Shown here one piece after another: positions 8,841-18,800 of a stretch of 64,000 nt of DNA. A model generated the notes under the pieces. It ran no database searches and was not told where the DNA came from. It saw nothing but the letters and a program-made list of their open reading frames with translations. Both the position numbers and the translations under genes were made by a program. The stretch is from Acidobacteriaceae bacterium. Lineage in GTDB: Bacteria; Acidobacteriota; Terriglobia; Terriglobales; Acidobacteriaceae. Where the stretch lies: positions 11,393-75,392 of the forward strand of contig DASWOP010000250.1 in assembly GCA_036404255.1 (NCBI GenBank). The letters are read 5' to 3'. Each line of letters starts with the position of its first letter. The first letter of the stretch is position 1.

Positions 8841-10139
8841 TTATGTGCGTTGAGGAACAGAATCCATCAGCCGGCAGATGCCGGCTGCAGCATAGGGCGA
8901 CAGAGCCTGCTGAATTTTAGCAATGATTAGCGCTTCAGGCGTTATCGGCAAACCTTCCTGACGTACGGCCTGATACTGCACGGGCAGTACCGCGGACAAC
9001 AGCGTCTCCGGAATCGCGACGCTATTCAGATTACTCATCAACTTATCGACCGCTGCTTGCACCGCAGCATTTCCCCAGTAATAGCGAATGCGGTCGCTGT
9101 AGCTGTAGCGGCGCAGAAGCCGTTGCTGCTCCAGCGTGCCATGATAATGCTTTGCCCAGTGCTCCGGGTAGGCAAGCATCTCGTGATCGATAATGCTACT
9201 GAGCCCGGAACACTTCTTCACGGGAAAAAGTTCTTGTTCAATCCGCTCCAGCGCAAACAGCCCCTCACGCAGGGCGAAGGTCAGAGCAGGCCCAACCTTC
9301 AGAATCGTAAACCCATCGTTTACCAGCTCAGTAAAGGCAGAGGGCCGCTGATAGTCGGTGGAGTGCGCTTCGAAGACCAGCCCATCCACATCGCGGAGCA
9401 GTTGCTGAAGCTCACCGGTCTTTGCCGAGACATAGTCTGCCACGCTGTCGTGGTTGAACTCCACACCCGGCTGTACGACCATTGCAATCACTCGCGGCCA
9501 CATAGTTGATAGACCCGCGCGGGAGAAGACTTCGTGATGGATTGCCAGCGTCTGCGCGGCACGAGCGTAGGGTGTAACTTCAAGCTCCGCCAGACCTTCT
9601 GTGGCTCCACCGGGAACAGGCACTTCGGTGCCGATTACATAGAAACGCGGACTGCCCCCACTCGCATCCTCTGCCGCACGGCACAAGCGAGCAGCGCGCT
9701 CCGCCACTACCCTGTCTGGCAATGGGTGTTGATCTCCGCTGCAGGCCATGCTGGCATCGAGATGAATCTTTGCAAATCCTGCGCGAGAGTACTCCGCCAC
9801 CATCTCCTCCGCATACTGCATCGCTTCTTCAGCAGAGAGGTGGGTCCATGTATTCGGGCCCAGGTGGTCGCCGCCAAGAATTACATGCTCGCGTGCATAA
9901 CCTTGTTGATCCGCCAAGCGGCATACAAAGTCACGGAAGTCCGCTGGGCGCATCCCACTATAGCCGCCAAACTGGTTCACCTGGTTGCTGGTCGCCTCAA
10001 CCAACAGCGGAGTCTTATCCTGCAGCGCTTGCAGAATAGCCGCCTTCAGCACAAGCGGATGCGCGGAACAAACAGAATAGAGGCCAAAAGGATGCCCTTC
10101 GCGCACTGAAGAGCTCATTCGCTGTAGGATATGGGGCAT
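8841..10139 (-). CDS. kbaZ: GatZ/KbaZ-family protein (tagatose-bisphosphate aldolase accessory subunit / tagatose-6-P 4-epimerase family)
   Basis: Near-colinear with recalled E. coli GatZ: VCSAHPLV, EATSNQVNQFGGYSGM, GGDHLGPN, KIHLDASM, GTEVPVPGG, EAHSTDYQ, ILKVGPALTFALRE. The track ORF (to 10502) overlaps the divergent gene and was trimmed to the ATG at 10139 (MPHILQ). Confidence 0.9.
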   Translation of the reverse strand: MPHILQRMSSSVREGHPFGLYSVCSAHPLVLKAAILQALQDKTPLLVEATSNQVNQFGGYSGMRPADFRDFVCRLADQQGYAREHVILGGDHLGPNTWTHLSAEEAMQYAEEMVAEYSRAGFAKIHLDASMACSGDQHPLPDRVVAERAARLCRAAEDASGGSPRFYVIGTEVPVPGGATEGLAELEVTPYARAAQTLAIHHEVFSRAGLSTMWPRVIAMVVQPGVEFNHDSVADYVSAKTGELQQLLRDVDGLVFEAHSTDYQRPSAFTELVNDGFTILKVGPALTFALREGLFALERIEQELFPVKKCSGLSSIIDHEMLAYPEHWAKHYHGTLEQQRLLRRYSYSDRIRYYWGNAAVQAAVDKLMSNLNSVAIPETLLSAVLPVQYQAVRQEGLPITPEALIIAKIQQALSPYAAAGICRLMDSVPQRT

Positions 10140-10195
10140 TGCTGAGTCCTTCTTTTCATAGTCAATCTTTATGTTTGAATACATACAAAAACATA

Positions 10196-10212
10196 ATAAT
10201 ACGAAATAAAAA
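10196..10212. promoter_or_regulatory. ATAATACGAAATAAAAA in the divergent kbaZ/amidohydrolase promoter region; candidate DeoR/AgaR operator
   Basis: Exact 12-mer and 9-mer shared with 4832-4852. The neighbouring ATAAAAAGATA recurs at 6462-6472. Confidence 0.35.
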
Positions 10213-10239
10213 GATATACAATTGACTGCAGGAGAGAAA

Positions 10240-11286
10240 ATGCCTACCGAAGATAAATTTGTTGCCATGGTCAGCGCCAAGGCAGATGTTGATCTGCCGT
10301 TGAGCGATTTTCTGCCGGTATCTGAGCTACGCATTCCTGCGCATGATCTGCAGAAGCCGCGCTTCCCTGCGATCGACTTCCACAACCACCTGGATTCCAT
10401 GGAGCCAGCAGAAGTGCTTCGGATCATGGATACGTGTGGCGTAGAAAAGATTGTGAACATCACTATGCGCACTGGCGATGAAGCGCTTAGCATCATGGAC
10501 AAGTTCCATGCGGCAGACCGCTCGCGGTTCTACTCCATTGGCTGGATGGACTGGACGGATTTGCATCAGGATGGCTTTGTGGCGCTTACACTAGAGCGTC
10601 TGGAGCAGATGGCTGAGCATGGAGCAAGCGGCATTAAATTCTGGAAAGACCTCGGACTGACCCTGACAGATAAGTCCGGCAAACTGCTGCGGATTGACGA
10701 TGAGCGACTTGCTCCAATCTTTGAGCGAGCCGCAGATTTAGGGCTTTTTGTCATGTTCCACACGGCGGATCCAGCTGCCTTCTTCCGCCCGATTGATCGC
10801 TACAATGAGCGCTACGAGGAACTTGCTGCGCATCCCGATTGGGCTTTCAGCGGCATACCCGTTGAGAAATGGGAGCTGCTAAATCAGCGCAATACGGTAT
10901 TCGGCAGACACCCCAAAACGACTTTTGTGGGCGCCCATGTGGGTGAAAGTGGCGAGGACCTCGCCTTTGTCCGGGATATGCTCGATAACTATCCCAATGT
11001 CCATATCGATATATCTGCACGTACGCCAGAGCTAGGACGCCAGCCATACACCGCGCGCAAACTCTTTATGGAATTTCCAGACCGCATCCTGTTTGGAACA
11101 GACCTGCTTCCTGAAATCTCCATGTATTGCCTTCACTATCGTTTTCTGGAGACTGCCGATGAGTATTTCGAGTATCCATCTCATGCATCTCGGCAGGGCC
11201 GGTGGAATATCTACGGCGTCTTCCTGCCAGACGACGTCCTGCTCAAGCTCTACCGGGAAAATGCATTAAAGCTGCTCAAGCGATAG
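10240..11286 (+). CDS. Amidohydrolase_2 (PF04909-like) metal-dependent TIM-barrel hydrolase
   Basis: AIDFHNHLD (HxH), FHTADP, GAHVGE and ILFGTDL blocks. ATG at 10240 is preceded by AGGAGAG; the track start at 10222 is a TTG. Confidence 0.7.
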   Translation: MPTEDKFVAMVSAKADVDLPLSDFLPVSELRIPAHDLQKPRFPAIDFHNHLDSMEPAEVLRIMDTCGVEKIVNITMRTGDEALSIMDKFHAADRSRFYSIGWMDWTDLHQDGFVALTLERLEQMAEHGASGIKFWKDLGLTLTDKSGKLLRIDDERLAPIFERAADLGLFVMFHTADPAAFFRPIDRYNERYEELAAHPDWAFSGIPVEKWELLNQRNTVFGRHPKTTFVGAHVGESGEDLAFVRDMLDNYPNVHIDISARTPELGRQPYTARKLFMEFPDRILFGTDLLPEISMYCLHYRFLETADEYFEYPSHASRQGRWNIYGVFLPDDVLLKLYRENALKLLKR

Positions 11287-11489
11287 ATTCTCCGTGCTGA
11301 CTACCCCTTTGCTAAATGTGGAGATTAAAGGCAATATAATGGTCTAGATCGTAAGGTGCTTTTTGTATCGCTTTTGAATCTGTCATTTTGATTGTGTTTG
11401 TCCAGGTCAACTCGAAACGTATGATGCTTCAGAATACTTACAAGCACAGAGTTCTTTGCCACTGATTCAATCGGAGAATATAACCTCTC

Positions 11490-12311
11490 GTGATGAAAAC
11501 TCAATCCATAGTCAAACGTCATCCCATGCCCCATACTGAGCCCGGTAATCTGCTGATCGGAGAGCGACACCAGCTTATTCTGGAAGTACTGAACCGGGAT
11601 GGTCGCGTGCTGGTTTCCGAGCTATCCAACTCACTTGGCATTTCTCCCATCACCATTCGCAAAGATCTTGATCACCTGGAGGCGCAGCGATTGCTGCAGC
11701 GCACGCACGGCGGAGCACTGCCGCCAAGCACCAGTACCCTGATTGATCCTTCTGTGAAGGAGAAGGAGCAGCAACAGAGCGAGGAGAAGCGCCGCATCGC
11801 CGCAGCCGCAGTCGGGCTAGTGAAGGAAGGCCAGTGCATCCTGCTTGACTCCGGTACCACCGTCATGGCTATTGCACGTGCGCTACGCAAGTTTTCTAAT
11901 CTCACGATCGTGACTAATGCCGCAAACATCGCAGCGGAGTTGAGCGATACCGGATTCGAAATCATTCTGACCGGCGGAACGCTACGGAAAAATTCACTGT
12001 CGCTGGTAGGTCCGCTGGCTGAGGATGTACTGAAGCAGATCCGCGCTGACATTCTTTTTCTGGGCGTCGACGGTTTCGACCCGAAGATCGGAGTGACAAC
12101 TCCCAATGTGCTGGAGTCACGAGTAAACCGGGCAATGGTGAGCGCTTCACGCAGGGTAATTGCAGTATGCGACTCCACTAAATTTGGCCGCTCCAGCATG
12201 GCACTGATCGTACCGCCAACAGCAATTCACACCGTCATCACAGATAATCAGGCTGCAAGTGTGCATGTGAAGATGCTACGCAGCGCAGGTATCGAGGTCA
12301 TCATCGTCTGA
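11490..12311 (+). CDS. DeoR/GlpR-family transcriptional regulator (AgaR-like)
   Basis: N-terminal HTH (VSELSNSLGISPITIRKDLDHLE...RTHGGA) and C-terminal DeoR sugar-binding domain. Confidence 0.9.
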   Translation: MMKTQSIVKRHPMPHTEPGNLLIGERHQLILEVLNRDGRVLVSELSNSLGISPITIRKDLDHLEAQRLLQRTHGGALPPSTSTLIDPSVKEKEQQQSEEKRRIAAAAVGLVKEGQCILLDSGTTVMAIARALRKFSNLTIVTNAANIAAELSDTGFEIILTGGTLRKNSLSLVGPLAEDVLKQIRADILFLGVDGFDPKIGVTTPNVLESRVNRAMVSASRRVIAVCDSTKFGRSSMALIVPPTAIHTVITDNQAASVHVKMLRSAGIEVIIV

Positions 12312-12336
12312 CTGCAATTCCTTGCCTATATCCATG

Positions 12337-13872
12337 TTATGCGTGAATGCTAACAAGCGCTGCACTTCCTGGCGGCATGGTAATTTTGAATTCGCTGGCG
12401 GTGGTGCGGCGTAGAATTTCCGCCCTATCTGTAGCTAGCTGGCCATCACTCCCTACGGTTGCGTTTCCAAAGCGAATGCCGGTGGTCGCTTCCAGCGCTG
12501 GGCCAGTCAGGCGTTGAACAGATGCCGTGTGGAACAACTTTCCAGTACTGAGCAACATATCCGTCGCCTGCGAACCCTTATTAAAGATAGCGATCTGCAT
12601 AGTTTTGCCTGTTGCAGTAAGCGCGGCATAGGCCGTAATAGTAGATTGCGCTTCTGAGAAAGAGCTTTCGACTAAATTTGCTCCAGCCATGCGTGCTACC
12701 AGCAGCATGCCATAGAAAATGGGTCGTGCCGAGTATCCATGACTAGCGCTGCCCGCAATAGGCGTGTAGTAGGAATCATCCGCTTCGCTTTTTGCAACGG
12801 CATCTCCAGGCATCTTGCCGCCAAGCGAGGCTCTAATCTGCCGCGCGCTACCCCCATGGAAATTGATGCCGCAAAATCCAGCCGACAACAACTTGAGCGT
12901 AAGGTCTCCGGCCCACAGAGCCGATCCCAGGGTGTTGCTTACTCCGGGTTTACCGCCGGAGTAGCAGGAATTTACTTCCGTCATGCGAAAGGGCAAACCG
13001 GCATGGTGGCCTGCTGTCGCAGTCACGTTGATCTCATGATCGATCTTCTTCGGGTTTAGTAATAAGTTTTGCATCGTCGACTCAGGGCTGGTCGGGGGGC
13101 CTTCGGCATAGAAGTGATCCGTGATTGCGACGAGATGTTGTTTCATCTCTGCAACAGCTTCGCTCGCGAAGAGATTCATCCAGGCAGCCTCTGCACCCAT
13201 ATCGGGACCAGCGAGTCTAGCCGTGGGTATACGCTTCACAATCGCACGTGCGAAACTAAGCCACTCAGCCAGATAGACCTTTTCATTCCAGGCATCTGAA
13301 CGAAGCCGGTAGCGGATGTAATTATTCGGCTCGTTGCCAATCTGAAGATACTCGAGCTTAGATCCCAATATTTCTACAACGGCCGCCGCTTCTTCGGCAG
13401 CACGCTCCGGCGTGCCCGTGCCCAGGTTCAATCCATAGATGCAGTTCCAGCCGGTTACATTCAGAAAGTGACGAAGATTGTGCAACGCAGCCGGGGTAAT
13501 AGGGGTGAGTTCCTTCGGCTGAGTCGGTTGAGGAAACCACGCTGGTGCCTCCACCGTTGCATTGGCTTTGAAGTACGTGAACTCGCTGGTATTCCCCCCG
13601 AGCCGCAAGCTGCCGCTGGGGCTGAGTGTCCGAAGAAACTGCACCAGGGCTTTGTTCGACGGAGCAAAGTATTCCGGCTCACCAAGCTGTGTGGATTCGT
13701 AACTAAGTCCCATGACATCGCGTGGAATGAAGCCCCTGTGCTGCCCGGGATGAACCTGGAGCGTGAGCGGCTGACTCATGGCAGTACCCATGCCCCACAA
13801 AGGATGTGCGGCAGCCCCGAGCATGGCAAGACTGGTCGGAGCAGAAACAAGAAAGCGGCGTCTGTTCATCAT
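12337..13872 (-). CDS. Clan GH-A glycosidase, best guess GH79 beta-glucuronidase/heparanase-like
   Basis: Tat-like leader MMNRRRFLVS. LEYLQIGNEPNNY (acid/base NEP) and FRMTEVNSCY (nucleophile TE) at the spacing expected for a (beta/alpha)8 barrel, followed by a C-terminal beta domain. Confidence 0.55.
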   Translation of the reverse strand: MMNRRRFLVSAPTSLAMLGAAAHPLWGMGTAMSQPLTLQVHPGQHRGFIPRDVMGLSYESTQLGEPEYFAPSNKALVQFLRTLSPSGSLRLGGNTSEFTYFKANATVEAPAWFPQPTQPKELTPITPAALHNLRHFLNVTGWNCIYGLNLGTGTPERAAEEAAAVVEILGSKLEYLQIGNEPNNYIRYRLRSDAWNEKVYLAEWLSFARAIVKRIPTARLAGPDMGAEAAWMNLFASEAVAEMKQHLVAITDHFYAEGPPTSPESTMQNLLLNPKKIDHEINVTATAGHHAGLPFRMTEVNSCYSGGKPGVSNTLGSALWAGDLTLKLLSAGFCGINFHGGSARQIRASLGGKMPGDAVAKSEADDSYYTPIAGSASHGYSARPIFYGMLLVARMAGANLVESSFSEAQSTITAYAALTATGKTMQIAIFNKGSQATDMLLSTGKLFHTASVQRLTGPALEATTGIRFGNATVGSDGQLATDRAEILRRTTASEFKITMPPGSAALVSIHA

Positions 13873-13985
13873 GATGAGATTATGACTCCCTGCGTATTGA
13901 TAATGATATCGGTAGCTTCCCAGTGATAAATTCCTCTGTACCAGCCACTTCTGCTACCAGCTGGCACAGCGGCGACGGGTAAAAA

Positions 13986-15884
13986 TCAAGGACCTACATT
14001 GACGGCAATCGGCGTAACGACTGGTGTGGCAATACCTACAAAGATAGTGACGGAATTATCACCAGAGTTGGCAGTCCATATATTACCGCTTGGATCCACC
14101 GCAATCGCGACAGGGAGACTCAGCACGCCGTATCCCGTCGCAGGTGAAACCGCGGTGCTACCTGAAAATTCCGAGATGGACGCACTATTGGCAAACCATG
14201 CCATACTATTGCCGTCGTATGCCACAGCAAGAGGCAGTGTCAGTCCGCCGCCCAGTACGGGGCTAGCTGTATCCACGGCACCTGTATTTACAGCCAGTGT
14301 GAACGCACCGGAAATCGATGCACCGGTGGTGCTTCCAGTCATGACAATCGCTCCGCTACTGTTGATTGCCAGGCCTGTACTTCCAAAAAGGAAGCCATCG
14401 CTTATGCAGTTCTGAAAGACAGCGGCACTGCTGAAGAGGCAAAGCTGCCCTGTTCCGGAGTTGGCAATGACTATGCGTCCAGTGGAATCAAGGGCAATCG
14501 CGGTGGGCTCACTGAGTGCGCCGGACCCCGTGATGGGGCTTGAGCCGCTGGGTGTACCGGATGAACTCAACTCTGTAATAGAATTGCCGCTGAAGTTCGC
14601 TACCCATGCATTGCCGACAGAATCATTGACAATCGCAACTGGCGTAGAGATGCTACCGCCGGTGAAGCCTGAACCGGAAAGCGCAGCGCCTGCGCTGCTC
14701 AACTTGACTACGCTATTACCACCAGTATTTGCGATCCACAGGTTGCCGCTACGATCGATTGAAATCCCACGTGGCGAGAGCAATCCAGCATTGCTATAAG
14801 GCGTAGTTGTGAATGAAGATGAGAGACTAGGAAACTTCACAACCGAGAAGCCGCCTTCGTTAGTTACCCAGGCATTTCCACCGGCATCAATTGCTATGCC
14901 ACCAGGACTGGTCATCTCCGATCCGGTGTAACTCACAGAGAGCGTGAAATCACCCGGCTGTGCACTGAGACCCGGAGAAAATGGTGGCGTCCCTGTGACT
15001 AGCGAATATAGTCCCGTAATAGATGAGCTACCGGGATGATTTGCCATGGCGAGTCCAGCGTCGATCGTCTCCGTAGCGCCAGTGGCGGAGAGCAGCGACA
15101 TGCAGGACACGGAGGCAGCAGCACTTGTTCCATTCACACAGGAAGCCAGGATATTGGCCAGCGTATTCAGACGCGCGACTGGAAGCGTGATGCCAGCAGA
15201 TGGCGTCGCGATCAAGCCAGTCTGAAAATTGACGAGCGTGTTGACCATATTGAACGCATTGACCAGCCCCGTGGGATTGCTTCCAGTAGCACCGACATGC
15301 GTGTAATCACCCATGAACGGAGCAAGTGCATAAACCGCGGCCACAGTTGTAAGTTCATTCAGGTTGATAAAGGTGCCCGATGTGAGCGAACTGCATGGGC
15401 CCAGCGCTGCCAACAGACCTAGCGCGGTATTGTTGCCTCCACCAGCGTTACCACCAGTCGCCGTGATGTAAACCTGTGTAGCCGATGAACAGGAGTAGTC
15501 TCCCGTGATGGTGAATTCGCCAATCGGTAATGTATTGAATGCGTTGCCAGCATTGCCACCGGTACCGGAACCATCGCTGGTAGTCACGGCGCTTGTGAGC
15601 AATGCCCTCGAAGCCGATCTCGCGCCTGCAGTACCCACAGTGTAAAGCTGAATTGTTGCACCGCTCACCGGTTGCTGTCCGCCTTTAACGCGCCCCTGCG
15701 CAATGATCGTGCTCTTCCCGCCGCTGCCACCGCCATTGTCGGCAAGCGATCGCGCGGTACCCGCACCGCAGCCGCCAAGTAGTGCGGATGCCAGCATTGC
15801 CACGCCGCCTAGCATAAGCGCTCTGGCTGAGTGAGACTGAGACTTCGCAAATGACGATATATCGTTCATAGTGTTTTCTCGCAT
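13986..15884 (-). CDS. Surface lipoprotein with CarboxypepD_reg-like domain and 6 NHL-like blades (paralog 2 of 3)
   Basis: Lipobox ALLGGCG. GRVKGGQQPVSGATIQLY. NELTTVAAVYALAPFM. Repeated GNAWVTNEGG / GNLWIANTGGNSVVKL / GNAWVANFSGNSITEL / GNIWTANSGDNSVTIF. Confidence 0.75.
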   Translation of the reverse strand: MRENTMNDISSFAKSQSHSARALMLGGVAMLASALLGGCGAGTARSLADNGGGSGGKSTIIAQGRVKGGQQPVSGATIQLYTVGTAGARSASRALLTSAVTTSDGSGTGGNAGNAFNTLPIGEFTITGDYSCSSATQVYITATGGNAGGGNNTALGLLAALGPCSSLTSGTFINLNELTTVAAVYALAPFMGDYTHVGATGSNPTGLVNAFNMVNTLVNFQTGLIATPSAGITLPVARLNTLANILASCVNGTSAAASVSCMSLLSATGATETIDAGLAMANHPGSSSITGLYSLVTGTPPFSPGLSAQPGDFTLSVSYTGSEMTSPGGIAIDAGGNAWVTNEGGFSVVKFPSLSSSFTTTPYSNAGLLSPRGISIDRSGNLWIANTGGNSVVKLSSAGAALSGSGFTGGSISTPVAIVNDSVGNAWVANFSGNSITELSSSGTPSGSSPITGSGALSEPTAIALDSTGRIVIANSGTGQLCLFSSAAVFQNCISDGFLFGSTGLAINSSGAIVMTGSTTGASISGAFTLAVNTGAVDTASPVLGGGLTLPLAVAYDGNSMAWFANSASISEFSGSTAVSPATGYGVLSLPVAIAVDPSGNIWTANSGDNSVTIFVGIATPVVTPIAVNVGP

Positions 15885-15899
15885 GAAACGCTCTTCAAG

Positions 15900-18800
15900 C
15901 TAGTTCAGCGTTTGCATGAACGTTTGCGTGGCCTCCCACCAGCCGGTGCTGTCATCCCATGCATAGCTCGACGATGACCAGATCACGACGCCGTCAGCAA
16001 GTGAGTATGCCGTCTGCAGTTGAAATGCCCAATATGCAGCGCTCACATACTGCCCGGCCTTGGCTGTGCCTGGGTGATACTGCGGTGAAATGTAGATATA
16101 TACCGGCTTGCCCGGCGCGATTGCACGCGCCGCAGCTACTTCCTGCGCTGCCAGCGAGGCCCATGCTGCCTGATCGTCATTGTAGGTATACATCGACGGA
16201 AACATTGCGGTTACTTGCGTCCCAAGTGCCGTGGCATATTGCATGTTCTGCGTCGAAACATTGTCGAAGGTGTTGTAGCCATAGTAGCCCACAAGTTTAC
16301 CGGGATGGTCTGCCTTAGCCCACGTAGCCAGCGTCGCCAGTATCTGCTCGTTTGCTGTCGAGGTCAGTCCAAGCAGCTCGACATCCAGAACCAGCGGACC
16401 AGGATTGGTGTACTTCGCCATCAACGTGTCAAAGGAACTACGCGTGGGTAGCGTCTGTTCATCAGCTTGGGTTGTTCCGCTGGAGTCCACCCAGATCTTG
16501 CTTTCATAGACGACGTTGGAAGTAATCAAACCGTAGGTGCTGGTAGTTGGCTTGCCCGAATAAAACATATTGTCGTAGACAACGAAGGATGTTGGCTGTG
16601 CTGTAAAGCTGCGTGTCACTGGAGTGGCAGCAGCAAAGTTCGTATTACCAGCCTGCGATGCGGTGACGGAGACCGCGCCGGTTCCTGTCACATAAAGCGT
16701 ACTTCCGCTCACAGTGGCCGGCCCGCTGGCAACAGCATATGTTGCCGGCAGGCCGCTGGTGGTATATGCAGCAAGCTGCACGCTGGTATCGTTGCTAGGA
16801 TAGTTTGCCAGTGCAGGAAAAATGATGCTCTGTGCCGCGCTTCCGGTCACACTCAGGGTCGCGCCGGTCGTCAGCGCAAAGCCATAGTTATTGGCACTGG
16901 AACTTACCAGTGTTCCCTGCGATACAGTAATGGGATAGCTGCCCACAGGCGACTTAGGCACCGCAGTTGTCGAGATCAGCGGCGACCCAGTAACGCTGTT
17001 CGCCTGTGTATCGGGAGAGATAAAGCCAGTGATTGTATAGCCGAACGTTGGGTTCGCAGTTCCGTAAATACGTGAAAGGAGGCCGCTCGGAGTAACGGTG
17101 AGCGTAGCAGTATTTACTACAATGCTTTGCTGAACAGGTGTTGCTGCAGCGTAGATGGCATTGCCCGCTTGAGAAGCTGTAATCACGACGGTGCCGGTAC
17201 CTGTAAACGTGAGCATGTTGCCGCTCAGTGTGGCTGGGCCCGTGGCATTGTAGGTAACGGGCAGGCCGGAGCTTGCCGTTGCGCCCAAGCCGATCGACGG
17301 AGCGCCGTAAGCCACCGGCGATGTAGGCGCAGGAAACGTAATCGTCTGCGCCATAGTTCCTTGGCTATATGGCTTCAGGATTCGAACCACATTGTTGCCG
17401 CTATCTCCGAAGTAAACATTACCGCTGGTATCTACTGCGATATGTCCTGTTGGTGTGGAGAGAACTGCGTTTGTAGCAACGCAACCATCGCCATAACCAT
17501 CGGTCGAACAGGCAGCTTCTGTCGTACTCGATCCACCGCCGGCAACTATCGCAGCGTTTTGCGTGCTTGCAGTCACCTCCCATATCTGGTTGGCAACTGC
17601 ATCTGCAATGTAGAGATTGTTGGACGCATCGAATCCGATACCAGTAGCACTGCTCAGCTTAATGGATGTTGCGGCAGCGGCAGTTGTGCCGCTGCCGCCG
17701 CCTGCATAGGTATAGATGTCTTTGCAGGTCGCCAACGTACCTGTGGTAGCAGTGCTGGCCATACCAGTGCAACTGGTTTGCGCCGTCGCATAGTATCCAG
17801 CGGGCGGCTGCGAGCCCAGATAAACCACGCGTACGCGTCCTGTAATAGCGCCATAATCTGCGATGTAGAGGTTGCCGTACGAATCGAATGCAAGATCATA
17901 TGGCTTGCTAAGATTGGCAGAACGTGCGGGTCCGCCATCACCGCTTTCTACTGAAGTGCAGCTAGTGTAAGTACCCTTTGAGACCGTCGCCTCCGCGCAA
18001 CCTGCTCCGGCTCCGCCTACCACTCCGGTCACATAACCAAGTGCACTTGCATTTCCAAGAGCATCGGTCGATGCTCCGGCGATGTTGATCTCGCGGACTA
18101 CATTGTTGCCGCTGTCTGCTACATAGAGATTGCCGTTAGCATCTACGGCCATCCCCTTTGGTCCGTTGAACTGCGAAAGCAGCACATATCCGCCATCACC
18201 AAAATACCCCGTACCGGGAGTATTTGAATTGATAAGAACATAGGAATAACCACTCTTCGCTGCTGTAGTACCAGCCGGTCCCGCAGAGCTTCCACCCGCA
18301 GCAAGGAAACTTGCCTGCTGTGTTCCAGCCACATATGTCATGCGAACGTAATTACTGCCTTCCTCAAAGATATTGCCGGATGCATCCACTGCAACGGCGG
18401 CAGAAGCAAATATCGTAGTGTAGCCAACTGCGCCGATCTGCGTGCTGGCAGTATATTGTCCACCGCCGATCACGTTGTACACGATATTAGGGGGTACCGG
18501 CGATGCCAGAATCGAACTGCTTGCATAACTAGCAACCAACGCCGTTCCCAGCGCAGCATTGGTTCCGTTGTAGAGCACGCGCAGCTCGCCTGTATATCCA
18601 GGACCTGGTGTGGAGCCGGTGTAGCTGTTCGCCGAAGTAGGTGTGGTATAGGTCGCACTATCACCAGTATCCGTGTTGGAGGTGTAATTTCCTCCGTCCG
18701 AGATATAAAGCTGGCCGAATGAATCGATCTGTGTCGCATTGGGCTTCGACACAAGTATCTGGCTCACGGAGCAGCCATCGCCGATATTTGATCCCAACAG

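Noticed and set aside
8841-10502. Long N-terminal extensions in the track ORFs 8841-10502, 1787-2878, 3706-4830, 60061-62115, 39830-41059 and 35707-36525
   Set aside because: The extensions overlap neighbouring genes or divergent promoters, lack homology, and internal ATGs coincide with the start of family homology or with RBS or signal peptides.
16467-17954. 202-aa and 275-aa + strand ORFs inside the 1060-aa NHL gene. Similar antisense ORFs occur in the GH20, FAD-oxidoreductase, receptor and GH56-like genes (for example 29259-29969, 43681-44496, 34658-35257).
   Set aside because: They are Cys/Arg-rich low-complexity translations with no start context. Each lies opposite a gene with strong family motifs.
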